64,000 nucleotides of DNA from Trichodelitschia bisporula (GCA_010356995.1 ML996705.1:632539-696538), one strand, 5' to 3'; positions 31,956-44,702 are shown, counted from the stretch's first letter. Made by a program: numbers and translations. The notes: generated from the sequence alone by a model not told the origin.

Positions 31956-34669
31956 TCATTTCTTCGGCAACTCCCGAAACACATACCTGAAAACATCCCT
32001 CGCCTTGAAAAGGTTCACCAGCCTCAGTCTCTCATTATCCAAATGCGCCGAGTCACTCGCCTGCCCACACGGCATCTGCGCAGCGGGAGCCCCAAACTCC
32101 TTTTCCAAGAACCGGATCGCGGGGATCGAGCCCCCCTCGCGGATATACAACGGCCGTTGCGCGGTCGCCGTTTCAGGACCCGTCTCCTCGGCCGCGGCAC
32201 TACCTTCCGCCAGTGTAGAGCTTGTGGGTGGAACGTCTGACGCGGGGGCGCCAGATCGCGCGCCGACACCCACGCTGCTCCGGCGACGATGCGCGTCCGG
32301 GCCTGCGAACCAGGCATTCACAACCGCCTTATCAAGCGTTTGGAAGATTTCGCCGCGCCAATCACCCAGCCAGGGCTCGGCGATATGATCGATACTCACA
32401 CTAAGCGCGTTCTTGCTCCCCAGGTCCGCGAACTCTTTTTCTAGATATGAAACGAGAGTCTGCGCGACGGATTGCGCGGTTTGGTTGGGGACGAGGCGGA
32501 GAGAGATGGCGGCGCGGGCGGTGCGTGGAATGATGGTGCTATTTGAGGGGCCGGAGGTGTGGAAGCGGTGGATGGTGAGGCTGGCTTCGCGCCAGCGGCG
32601 CTTGAGCGTCTCTCCAAGAACATCAGGATCGCCGAGCGCGGGATTGCGCGCCAGCAGCGCGTGAGTGATCTCGTCGTACAGCGCCTGTTCGTCGGCCGTG
32701 AGCGGCAGGATCGGGTCATAGAAGCCCGGGATATTAACGCGGCCGCCCCGGCCCGTGAGGCGCGCAAGCAGCATAACCAGATCCTTGAGACTCTCGTCCA
32801 GCAGACTGCTCCCATCGACGCCGGAATGCAGATCCGGGTGCGGACTGTCGATTTGCACAGTGGCGTGGATGACGCCGCGGAGCCCGTAGGTGAGGCAGGG
32901 CGCGTGGTCGTCGAGCCAGTAGCTGTTGGCGAGGAGGATGTAGTCCACGTCGCCGATGAGGTGTTTGTTTTTGCGCACTGCGGCCTCGAAGCCCCGGCTG
33001 CCGCACTCTTCTTCGCCTTCGACGAGGAAGAGGATGTCGGAGTCGAGGGCCTTTTCAGCTACGAGGTCGGCGACGGCGTATATAGCGGCGAGCAGTGGGC
33101 CTTTGTTGTCGGATGTGCCGCGGCCGTACAGGTAGTCGTTGATGCCCTCCATGGTGAACGGGTCGGTGACCCACTTGCCCTTCTCGGCGGGGATCACGTC
33201 GTAGTGCCCGTAGAAAAGGATCTTCTTGCGCTCGCCCACCGTCGCGGGATTACCCTTGAACTTGGCCAGGATAATCGGATTCCACGCCGGATTCTCCGCC
33301 GCCAGCATCGTGGTGTGCGCCCCGAAGTTCTTGAATACGGCGCGCAGGTGGGATGCGCCGCGGCGGCAATCGGCTTGGTAGCGGTAGTCGGACGAGACGG
33401 TGCGGTAGGAGACGAGCTGCTTGAGCGATTCGACGAGCTTCTCGTTGCTCGTGCGGTGCGTGTCGCTGGTCTCGCAGTCTTCGATGTCCCATACGCTGAT
33501 GGTGTTGTCGTTGCCGCCTGTGACGTAGAGCGGACGGCCCTGGTGGGCGCTGTAGGCTGAGGCGAGGATGCGGCCGTCGTGCGCTTGGAAGCGGGCGGTG
33601 CGCTCGTATTGGCGGTTGAATTTCTGTTCGTCAACGGTTAAAAGGGGCGCAATGGTCACGAGTATTGGGTTGCACGAACCTCGACAATCCCCGTAATGCC
33701 GGCGCAGTAGAGGAACCCGCCTCCCACCGAGAGCGCGAGCACGTCATCTGAGTGTGTCCGCAGACTGCGCACCAGCTGGCGCGTCTCGAGGTCCCACGCG
33801 TTAACCTCGCCGTTCAGCCGGCCACTGTAGAGAAACGTGCCATCCAGAGCGAGCGACAATACCGACTCGCCCTCCTCACGCCCGTCGTCAAGCTTGTGCA
33901 GCTGCCGAATGCCGTCTCCGAGCTTCCAGATGCGGATCGCGCCGTCCCCACCACCCGAAATCAGCACCTCCTCGTCGTTGTCTCCCCGCGCCAGAAGCAT
34001 GCAGTAGACATATCCATAGTGCGCGAACTGGTGGATGTGCTGCCGGTCAATCTCCAGGTCCTCCCCGCCTTTGTTCGGTTCCGGTTCCGGGCGCGGCGTG
34101 CGCACTCCCCCCGGCCCTAGGGAGTCGAAGAAGCGATCTTCGCGGTTGAAGGGGTGAGTCGTAGGGTCCGGGCGGCGACGGTCCTTGGTTTTCAGGTCGT
34201 ACCACTGGATCGACGTGTTTTGCGCACCCATATAGACGGTCTCAAAGGCAGGGGAGTAGGCGACGCAGAAGATATCCCCAACGTCGTACGTCGAGTAGAT
34301 AGAGTAGAGCCGCTCAAAGGTATTCGGATTCCAGACCTCGACAGTCAGCGTTTATCCCACAGCACAGCGGACGGGGCAGCGCACATTGACGAAGCGGTCG
34401 CCCGCGCTCGAGAAGAGCAGCTGCTCGTCCTTGGACAGGTGCAGCGCCAGCACGCTCCCGCCATGGCCGTCGATGCACGCGACGCGCTGGTAGGTGTCGA
34501 GGGAGAAGACGAGGATTTCGCCGCCTTCGGTGCCGGCGAAGAGGGAGGTGCTGGAGAGGGCGAGGGCGAGGATGGACTTGGTGTGCTTGAGGCGGTGGGA
34601 GAGGGCGGGGTTCGAGGCGGGCGGGCTGTCGTCGGGCGAGACTGAGGGAGTTAGTTGGGGGAAGGACAT
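31956..34669 (-). CDS. DUG2: Glutathione degradation complex subunit Dug2 (WD40 + M20 peptidase-like)
   Basis: WD40 N-terminus (YSTYDVGDIF, GAQNTSIQW, AHYGYVYCM) and M20 motifs LFYGHYDV, YGRGTSDNKGP, EGEEECGS, IREGGSIP, AHLDNER. Introns 34384..34337 and 33679..33624. Confidence 0.94.
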
Positions 34670-34874
34670 GCTCGTGTGATAATGAAGTACAGATTCCCTC
34701 AGCTGAAGGGAAAAAGAGGAGGAATTGGCGTTCGTGGAGGCGTGAAAAACACTGAAGCCCAAGTCGCGTGCGCAATGGCTCACTAGCGATGACGCGATGC
34801 GCGCACCATGGGATTTCGGTCGTCGCTCAGCATCTCAACACCATGACAAACTGCATCTCCACATCCACTCCGCA

Positions 34875-34904
34875 CAAACAAACAAGCAAACAAACAAACA
34901 AAAC
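34875..34904. repeat. (CAAA)n microsatellite upstream of DUG2
   Basis: caaacaaacaagcaaacaaacaaacaaaac. Confidence 0.8.
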
Positions 34905-35542
34905 AGCCACTTACTCGTCGTCAACTCCGGCCGCCGTCCACCGCAGTCCATATTGAAAGGTTGATGGTGACCGCTGCACACGGCCGACTGGCGGAGAATG
35001 TCGGTGATAAAAGAGTCGGTCGGCCATTGCGCGATTATCGTTTTTCGGGATACGGAGGCGGCGTCCATGATGGCGCAAGGCTGTTCTTATCTGACGATTA
35101 ACGGCTTCATCTATCCTAACCGGCTAAGCTTCATGAATCCATCATACTGCGTACAACTGCATTTCCGCTCTCCGGCCTCCTGCCGTGGGCCACGTACGTA
35201 GCGCCTGCAATCTGTGCGACATCTCTGGGCAACGGCGATGGTTTGCTCTTGTCTTTGTGTGCGCTTGTCTCGTCTCCATCAGTAAATTCTCGTCGGTTGA
35301 CTGCCTCTCTTTGACCACCGACTGGTTCCATCTCCCTTCTAGAACTCTTACCCAGCATCACATCGCGATGATCAGGCCCATTTCTACCTCCAAGCGCCCT
35401 AAAACAAGCACCACGGCCCGACCCCGCAGCTAGCAACGCTGGCGTGTCGATCTAGCGCCCCATCGTCGACCGTCGCTTCAGAATCGTCGCTCAAGTGAAG
35501 CGAAACAAGTACATGGTACAGTAGCGCGCGACACCTCATCAA

Positions 35543-35571
35543 CCACCGTCCACCGTCCACCGTCCACCGTC
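35543..35571. repeat. 7-nt tandem repeat (CCACCGT)4
   Basis: ccaccgtccaccgtccaccgtccaccgtc. Confidence 0.8.
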
Positions 35572-35908
35572 ACCCGCGCCCTCTGCACAAAGACCTCATC
35601 ATACCGCAGTCCCACGCATCCCACTGGCCTTCACGACGCACCGCAAAGTCTTCAAGTCTTCCATTTATCCCCTCTCAATCACACAGCGCCACATCACCGC
35701 TGCGCCGCGGGCGCCTGCACCTCCGTCTCTTCCCACCAATCGTATCACCACGCTCAGCCCCTCCCGGATATCCGCCACAGGTGGCGCCAGGACCTAACCG
35801 CTCGGGCAGCACCGACGATCAAAAGCCGCACCTCTCTTTATATTCCTCGCCGTCCCACGCCCATCCTCGCCGGGCCACGCCGCTGCTCACCCCTCGGCGA
35901 CCACGAAA

Positions 35909-37211
35909 ATGTTAAACCAAACCATAACCGTCGTAAACCAATCCGGCAAAATCGTCTCCACCGTAATGCTCCCCTCCCCCCCCCCCACCCACCCACCCAC
36001 CCACCCGCACTAACCCACGCTAGAGCAAACAACTCGTCAACATCTACAAAGAAGCCCGCGCCGCCTACAAAGAACGCAAAGCCGAGCTCCGCACCGCCCG
36101 CCGCACCGAATCGCACGAGAAGGCCGCCCGCCGCGCCCTCCGCCAACTCTCCGTCGACGATGGCGGCTCCCACGTCAGCTCGCGCAGTAGGCCCGGTGCT
36201 CACCGCGCGAAAACAATGGCCATGGTTGAGGAATACGTCCCTGCGGCGCCGGTGCGGGCCCATACGAGTCATGATCTGGCACGCTTAGCTGCGCCGGAGA
36301 GGAGGCACAGCGAGGCGGATGCGCTGGCGTACGGCGGGCGACACAGGCGGCAGAGCAGCGAGAGCATCGACATGGATCTGGCGTACGGGGAGATTCCGCC
36401 TCCGCTCCCTTCGCGGGAGGACCAAGAAGCGTACTTGAGGAGCGAAATGACGCGCGTCGAGAAGCTACTCGAGGAAGCGCACTGCCTGCACTACTCCGCG
36501 TCCACCACAATCGAGAATTTGCAAAAGGACCCGGAGACCCTCGCCGCGGTCGCCATGACGTTAGCTGAGATCAGCAAGATCGTGGCGAAGATGGCGCCGG
36601 GCATGTTGACGGCGCTGAAGGGGAGTTTTCCCGCTGTTGTGGCGCTGCTTGCGAGTCCGCAGTTTTTGATTGCGGCAGGGGTGGGGGTCGGGGTTACGGT
36701 GGTTATGCTGGGGGGGTATAAGATTATTAAGCATATTAAGGCGGCGGGTGAGGGGGCCGCGCTGCCGATGCCGATGGCTATGGGTGCGGCAGGCGGCGGA
36801 GGGCCGAATGAGTTGAGGGAGATTGAGGCTGATTTGAGTGGGATTGAGAGGTGGAGGAGGGGGATTGCGGATGCGGAGGCGGATGCCGTGGCGACGACGG
36901 TGGACGGCGAGTTTGTGACGCCGGATGCGTCGCGCAGGTTGATTGAGGAGGGGGTGTTGCGGGAGGAGGATTTGAAGTCGACTACGAGTCGGAAGACGCA
37001 TCGGACCCATCAGACGAGGAGGGCGAAGACGGACCTCGGGAGTGAGGCGGGGAGGGGGACGAGGAGCGAGGCGGGCACGAGGACGTCGAGGAGTACGAGG
37101 AGGGTGAGGACGAGTACGAAGGAGAGGCCGAAGGAGCGGCCGAAGGAGAAGGAGAGGAAGTCGTCTGGGTTGAGGAGCTTGTTCAAGGGGAAGGTGAGTG
37201 TTATGGCGTGA
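35909..37211 (+). CDS. Fungal hypothetical protein with one hydrophobic segment and a basic C-terminus
   Basis: Exon 1 MLNQTITVVNQSGKIVST, intron 35963..36023, then SKQLVNIYKEARAAY..IDMDLAYGEIPP..LLASPQFLIAAGVGVGVTVVMLGGYKII..IERWRRGI. Confidence 0.8.
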
Positions 37212-38012
37212 GTTTTGGCGTTGAGCGGGAAGGAGTTTGGTGCTGGGGATTTTGGAGATGGTTGGATCTTTTGGAGATGGAGACGCATGTTTGGTGCTGG
37301 TTCTCGGGGATATCGCACGCATATACGTCCACGGTGCGGTGCTTACGGCCGGCTTGTTATAATTCAGCTCACGCTACTTTACATACTCATCTGGGCATGG
37401 TGATCGTGTGTTTGTATTTGCGGTTTGATGGACGGGTAAGGAGTACTGGCATCTTCTCCTCGTTGGTCATTTTCGTCTGCTGCGTTTTGTGGATGACTGT
37501 CGATGGATTGCTTCTGAATCGATAACCCACAGATTGTCTCTGCCTTGCTCCTGGTGGATATAAATATCTACCCTTCCAGTTTCGTCAACGGATTCCTCAT
37601 TGCCGTATCATTCCCATGTACGTCTTCTCTGTCCCAGATTTATTCACCAGCCAACGAGCTTTCCCAGCAATCACCTTCTCTTCACCTTTGCCCGACAATG
37701 TAGTTTGAATATATCCTCTCCCTTTCCTATATCGCCACTCTTTATGATCTTCTTCCCAACTACGCGCATCTCCACCCCGCTTCCAAGTCAGCTTCCATTT
37801 ATCCGCAGATGCCATGTCCTCAGCTCCTATTTCTCCGTTTTCCAATCTTCCCCCCAGCCCAGAGTCCTTCCGGCCATAGTCGACAGACCAAGGTGACCGC
37901 GCCCTGGTACAGAAGGCGCATCCAGTCACTCGCCACTACGAGCATAGCGACATCGAGCCCAGCAGCCTCGACGAGGCTTTCCTGCCAGCTTCACCGCGCA
38001 CTGAGGTACAAT

Positions 38013-38708
38013 ATGAAAACGAGCGCCGCGCCGCGCCGCTCACAGAAGAGACAGCCCCCTACACCGAGGCGGAAGTTTGCGGCCCATGCGCCGTAGGCCT
38101 TCATGATGCGGCGAACAAGTCTCTTGAGAGCCCAGCCGCGTGGTTACTCAAACCCCTCGCACCGCGCCCAAGCCTCCAACTCGGACGATGCGTCAGCATC
38201 GAAGGCCATTGCTCAGGACGCGGCGATTGCAGCGGCTAAGCATGAGTTGATGAAGGATATCCTTTTGCGCGCCCGTTTCGAAGAAGATCTGGACTGCTGA
38301 GGTACCTACGACTTCCACCAACGCCTCCTCTCCTGGCCTCGTACTTTCTGAGATGTCCCGCCGCGCCTCTTTCAGGGGCATAGCCTCCCGGGTCCCGCAT
38401 ACCCACTACCCCACATTGTGCTCAACCTTGAGAGTCCACCCGACGGCGAGATGGCCGACGACGGTACGAAAGGGGGGAGAGAACGGAAGAAGGATGGGCA
38501 CACGGGCGATACTAAAGAGTCGGATGAGCGGGGCGGGGCGACGAAGGCCCGTCGACACACGCACAGCAAGGCCAACGCCGCGGAGCGCAGATCGGATACA
38601 ATCCGAACAGCATCAGGCCTATACAAGGGCCAGCCTCTTCCCAGAACCGATGAATTCTTCAGGTCAGCAGTCGCATCACCTATACAACACACCCGCCTCC
38701 CCACCTGA
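38013..38708 (+). pseudogene. Possible relic ORF with three in-frame stops
   Basis: ORFs ending at 38096 and 38300 and the 38418..38708 ORF share one frame. Stops are TAG 38094, TGA 38298 and TGA 38349. Confidence 0.3.
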
Positions 38709-39225
38709 GGCAGGGCCAGTCTGGCCCTGCCAGGTGGTGGAGGGGGTGACGATCGGAGCGAATATATGCACCACTTCAACAACTTCGCACTGTGGGACCT
38801 CTGCCTGGCGCCCAGAGTCCCGGTAGCGCCTTTCCGTGGCTTGGATAAAGTTATCTAGCTTAGATATATCAACATGTGAGCCGGAAGTGATGGTGATTTT
38901 ACGACGGGACGCCCCTTAGGAAATATGTCCACCTCTATCCAGTAGAGCACCTTTGCAATTTCAAAGCTAGAGCCTTCAATATATCAAGCAGTCAGAGCTT
39001 GAAATCTTTGCGATATGTGTCAAGGCCCCGATGAAGCATGGTGCTGTCGGACGGCCAGATTTGAGACTATTCTTGCAGACATCGTGACTGGCGCCATGCA
39101 TGCAACAGAATCACTACCGAGAGCAGGTCCTGGAAACAAGCGATGATACTCCGTACTCCGGACTGCAGCCATTTCCCAAACCATAGATCCGCCCTCAATG
39201 CTGGGAGGAGGCATGAACCCATCAC

Positions 39226-39898
39226 TCACGCGTAGTAATCGTCATAGTCTTCCTCCTCATCCGGGGGCGGCGGAGGCGCCTTCTTCTTCACCAACTCTTT
39301 GCGATCCAGCGGACACGTCGGGTGAACCTTCAGCCACGGCCGGATACACTCGAGGTCAAACTTATGGTCAGGATGGCACGGCAGCCGCACCACAAGCGGG
39401 TACTCATCTACTCCGTCAGCATGCTCCGACATCCCACAGCTCACTCACCCTCAAGAAACGGATTAGAGCAAATCGGACAGCTCTCATCCGGCTTCAGACT
39501 CTTCTTCGGCACCCGATCCAGATCATTCAACCACTCATCCGACACGCCCTTGACCTCAGAAGGCGGGTCATCAGCATTGCGCATCAACTCCGCGATCAGC
39601 CCGCCCAACAGCTCGTTCTCCCCATGGTTATTGCCCTGCCGCATCACCTCAAAGGCGTTGGCTAAGTTGCGATACACAGCTGCGACATTCTCCGGCAGCG
39701 GCAGCGCGTGCGTGTTGCTGTGCACATGGTCCGTTGTATCTACGAGCTCGTACGTCGCGAAGAAGGTCGATAGATCGGGGCGGCGCGAGCGGCGCGCAGA
39801 CTCGCCAGCGCCTCCTAGGGGCAAGTTGTGTTCGTCTGTTCGGTCAGCGGCTGCAGTAGAGAAGGTGGACTGGGGAACGCGCCTTCGTAGGTAGCCAT
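39226..39898 (-). CDS. Small RING-H2 E3 ubiquitin ligase
   Basis: MATYE-D-EHN..RRPDLSTFF..CPICSNPFLEDEYPLVVRLPCHPDHKFDLECIRPWL..TCPLDR. Intron 1 is 39882..39836 (GC-AG); intron 2 is 39448..39408. Confidence 0.88.
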
Positions 39899-40179
39899 GT
39901 TTGCTGTGTGGATATGGATGCGGGGTGGTGGGGGAGGGGCAGCTGGCGTGAGCACCTGTTCATAACCCTGCTGCCTGCGGAAGCTCCCCGGTCGGCTTCA
40001 ACATTGACATGTGGCTATCGAAAGCCATTTCATTGTCCACATATTCACCTACGGATGGTGAACTGTCACTAAAGCACCCTTAGCTCATGCAAAATAATAA
40101 AATGATCTGACTCGCCTCCGCATCATATGGGAGGCAGACAGAATGCCACCAAGGAAAAGGAGCAAAATTCAAAAAGATT

Positions 40180-40268
40180 AGCTGCGACAGTGAGTCGAAC
40201 ACTGGACCTAAGGATAGGTTGTCGTTGGACGACTGCAATCCTTCGCTCTACCACTGAGCTATCGCAGC
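40180..40268 (-). tRNA. tRNA-Cys(GCA) with 17-nt intron
   Basis: Acceptor GCTGCGA/TCGCAGC, D-arm GCTC/GAGC, anticodon stem AAGGA/TCCTT with TT-GCA-G, intron 40232..40216, T-arm CAGTG-TTCGACT-CACTG, U discriminator, downstream T5. Confidence 0.93.
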
Positions 40269-40770
40269 TATTTGGATGCTCAGAGTCGTGCATTAGACGT
40301 ACATGAGGCAGAGAAATTTTCAAAGGTCATCGCTTGTAGTGATCGGGGAACAATCGGAATATACCAGCCATCCAGTGTGCAAGACAAAGCCATCCATTCC
40401 TGCTTTTAAAGGGCCCCGAATCCGGCAACAGCTATCCCTTCGAACTTCACCGAACTGCACGTGATCTTTTACGGTTCGCGGAACAGTCCATCACTGCCAA
40501 GAAATTCACAAGCGCCCCCCGGCTTGACTGCTGTCGTTGATACGGATCGAGTGCCAACGTCACCAACGGCAAGTTTCACGCATTGCCAGTTCTCAAAACG
40601 TACTCCGGCAGACGCTCAAAACTTCTTCTTTGCTCGCTACAACAGGTCGCTACGTCATCTGTGCCTCTTCCGAGCCGTAGGCACACCGCACCAGCGCCCT
40701 CTGCCGGTTCCGGCTGTCGCCTTCAAACCCCAATTCTACCCCACATTCACGGTTTCCAACCGCAGTAGCC

Positions 40771-42566
40771 ATGTCGCGCCGCATAAATCAGACAGAGACC
40801 CGCGTGGAGCAGAACCGTCAGACATTGAAGACCTTGGTGAAGCTCGAAGGAAACAAGAGCTGCGCGGACTGTAAACGCAACAAACGTGAGTACACTTCAT
40901 TTACTGCGTATTCGCAGCCTTGCTGACCTTCAGACCCACGATGGGCTAGCTGGAACCTAGGGATCTTCATCTGCATACGGTATGGTGCTCTTCCATGCGG
41001 TCGGCAGTCGCTGACAGATCAGATGCTCAGGTATACACCGCGGAATGGGCACACACATTAGTCGCGTCAAATCGGTTGACCTCGACTCGTGGACCGACGA
41101 ACAGCTTCAGAGCATGCTGCGATGGGGCAACTCGAGAGCCAACAAGTAAGTCTGCCACAATCTTGCATGCCCTGGCTGACAGCATAGGTACTGGGAGGCG
41201 AAGCTGGCGCCCGGTCACGTTCCATCGGAGGCGAAGATCGAGAACTTCATCCGCACGAAGTATGAGTCGAAGCGTTGGGTCATGGACGGGCCGATGCCGG
41301 ATCCTGCGACTCTGGATGTGGATGGGGATGACGACGTGGTAAGATGTCCCTACTCTCATTGGTCTACACCCACTAACGCGCCAGCCTTTGAATGTGGTCC
41401 AGGAAAAGGCAAAGTTGGAACGGTCTGCGTCGCAGAAAGCTACAGCGTCCCGGGCGGCATCTGCATCCAAATCCCTGGGGATAGACTTGATCGGCCAGCC
41501 GGCAGGGCCCGCGCGTCCTAGCACTGGGCCGCCAGGAAACCGGGTACCGCCTCCTAAAGCCGAACCCCCGAAGCCGGCGAAGCCCGCAGACTCGCTTCTC
41601 GGGTTGGACTTCTTTGGCGGATCGAATGCTGCGCCGCCTGCTCGCCCGTCGAGTACGACAGGTGCCGCCTCCAACGCTGCTTCGCGGCCCGACCTGAAGC
41701 AGTCGATCCTTTCTCTGTACGCGTCGGTTCCGAAGCAGCAACCCCAAGTGCAAGCGCAGCCGCAAGCGCAGGTTGGTAGTGGGGGTTTTGGCATAGGCCC
41801 GCCGGCTCAGCAGTCCGCCTTTGGTGGGCTTGATGCGTTCAGCAGCTTGAACCTGGGCTCCGCGCCCGCTCCACAGCTGCCCAAGCCGTCCCCATTTGCC
41901 GACCTGGCTGCCAGCATGGCGAGTCCCAAGGCGACACCTGCGCCGCCGCACACAACCAAAGTATCGCTTGGTGGCGGAGGCAACTTCTTCAACGCAGCCC
42001 CGCCTGCCGCGAAGCCAACCCCTCCGCCCACCCAACGCAGCGTCAGCAGCAGCAACGACTTCGGTGACATTTTCGCAAGCAGCAATGCGCCGCTTGGCCA
42101 GGTTTCGGCCCCTCCTCCCAAGGCTAACAACGACCTGTTCGATCTCATGTCCGCACCGCCGCTGTCTCCGCCCAAGGCTACTACGCCAGCACCAGCTCCC
42201 GCCGCGAACTCTGTGTTCAACCTCTCGGCTCCTGCTCCAGCTCCGAAGCCGCAGCCAGCTGCCCCGGCCATGAGCGCTGCGTTCGATCCCTGGGGCTCGA
42301 ATGAAGCGTGGGGGGACGTTACCACTGCGCCTGCAGCGCCTGCCACGTCGTCGGCGACCACCGGCGCGTGGGACTCCGGCAACGGGTTCGGCAACGGGTT
42401 CGGTGTTCCCAAGGCCGCTGTACCGCAGGTGAGTGCCGACGAGGACTTTGGTGGGTGGAGCAGCGCGCCCGCGCCTCCGCATCCGGGGACCAAGGTGGAG
42501 GTGCCCAAGTCGAAGCCAGGTGGCGGGTTTGGCGGGGATGATCTGTTCTCGAATGTTTGGGAGTGA
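40771..42566 (+). CDS. AGE2: ArfGAP of the Age2/SMAP type
   Basis: [47 protein letters not shown] and C-terminal DDLFSNVWE. Introns 40886..40933, 40980..41022, 41146..41187, 41339..41384. Confidence 0.9.
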
Positions 42567-42788
42567 TGTAGCGGCCGTGGCTGCAGTTAGCGTATAGCAC
42601 TATGATCAGAAATACCAAGATATGTTCCAACGTGAAGTTATGATCTTTGGGCCCGCCTGCAGGTGGTGATGTACAAATTACTCCACTGTCTCATGCCCCA
42701 TCCCATTGTACATGCCCAACGCCAACGCCCACAAAAGCCGCACCTAACCCGCCGAACGCTGCAGCCGCTGTATATCCATTCCCAGTCG

Positions 42789-43135
42789 CTAGAAAAAGAA
42801 GCCACTTATCCACCACAACACGATGACGGCGCCGCACACAATAGCCGCCAGCTTAAACACAGCGACCTTATTCCCCGCCCTCGCCATGTGTCCAAGGCGA
42901 TTAGCGCTGTTCTTCAAGCCCGCGCCAAAGCTAGTGAACGCTTCATCCTGCGATGTGTCAGTCGGCGGAGTCGGGGGACGTGGGCGGGGGGACGCACGTT
43001 GCGGTCAATGAGCTCGTGGTTGCGCGCGTTGTCGTAGATGTCGATGGTGACGCCGCGGAGGGCGGAGACTTTGCCGGCGAGATCTTCGAGGCGGGAGTTG
43101 TTTTGCCGTTCGCGTTCGTAGGCTTCGGAGGACAT
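42789..43135 (-). CDS. SFT1: Golgi Qc-SNARE Sft1/Bet1-like
   Basis: AYERERQNNSRLEDLAGKVSALRGVTIDIYDNAR, intron 42997..42948, C-terminal TM anchor LAAIVCGAVIVLWWISGFFF. Confidence 0.85.
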
Positions 43136-43799
43136 GGTGCTGGAGGGGGGGTGGGTGTGATGGGGTGATGAGGTTGTAAGATGTGGCGGAGAGATGAAGT
43201 TGGTGATGGGATCTTATCTTATCGATCGGGGGATGAGGGCTGGGCGAGTCATGACTTTTTAGGAAGGGCGGTGGCCAATCAGGGGCGCTTTTTGGGAACA
43301 TTCAGCTGGACGGCAACTGCTAAATTCCTGCTAGACATCTACATACTCCATTCCGAGTCCGCTGTTTGCTTCCTCATCTCAAATTGAGCGTTGGCCTTGT
43401 AGTCCTAGTTGTGCTTTGCGGTGATAATGTACAATGGTCGTGCAGTTGTCTTCCTGCGATGGCTCCAGCAGTTCAATCCAAGATTGCGAAAGCTATGTCT
43501 TCTCATCTCTAAGAACATTCAAACTGAAGTTTGAACCGATGTTATCAGCGTCTCGGCTTGGCGAGTTGAAGAGGCACTTGGATCGCCTTGCTTCTCGGCA
43601 GTGTTTCCAGCGTCTTCCGTCCTCAAAGAACGCAATATAAGCGGTTATACAAACACTCAACTCACCACACCTCACGACCACACTTCCCTTACCGTTGCAA
43701 CGACAGTTATATTCACATTCGCAAAAGCTGCCACCCCGACACGCAGCTCCAATCAGGTTAGCCTCACTTCCATTTATCGTATCTGCTAACAGTTCATGG

Positions 43800-44702
43800 A
43801 TGGCTTCCAACGAGTTCAAGCCCGAAGATTTCAACATCACTTTCAACCCAATTCTCAAATCCTGGAAAGGCTTGAAAAACATTCCTTGCGCACCCTTGAA
43901 ACAATGGAAGACTGCCTTCGTTTACCCAGAAATCGATGAGGGGCTGGCGGAAGACAATCCGATCAACCAGATTCGGCAGAAGGGGCTGTTTGATAAGGTC
44001 GGGACAGCTCCGTTGGCCCTCATCAACATGACCCTCGATTTGATCAAGCGCAACAACAAGCTCTCCATTTTTGCTACCCCGGTGGAATCGAATTTCAACC
44101 TGTATGGTCTCGCCGTCAACCAGTGGGTGCCTCAAATGAAGCAGCCTGTCCGTCCGATCAGTGGAGAATTCGTCAAATGGGCTGCAGTTCCCGCAGTCAG
44201 TATCAAGATCGCAGCCCCTAGCCATGCCACCGGTGCGGCGGTAGTCGCTTGCGTTGCAGCAACCGAACGTGCTTTTCTCATTTGTGACGATGCAATGAGG
44301 CTCGGTGAGAACTTGAAGAAGGACCGCACAGATGTCTTGATCTTCGTGGCTTACCGGCGGACGGTGCAACTGTTCTCGGCCAGAGTCACTAGAGGATTCG
44401 TGAACTGGGCGGCACCGCGGTTGCCGGTCTGGAGCGGCAGTATTACGAAGGACTAGCCGAAATTGAATGTGGCGAAAGGGGCCATGTGGGACATGGACAG
44501 CGATATGGACAGGATGGCCATGTTTAAAACCGTCGTGGGCCTTGCCGCCAGGAGATACGGCAGAACGGACGCGCCCCTAGGTCAGTTGGAACTGGTAACC
44601 GACGTGAAACCCCTCAACAAGAAACCCTACAGCGAGAATACCTTCAACAACCTCATGAAGTTTCTAGAGAGAACCTACGGTGAAAAGAAGCATTACACTT
44701 AG
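43800..44702 (+). pseudogene. Orphan 300-codon gene interrupted by a single in-frame TAG at 44454
   Basis: TATA-like ATATAAG at about 43635, a short intron-like GTTAGC..GCTAACAG just before ATG 43800, and an open frame on both sides of the TAG. Confidence 0.6.
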
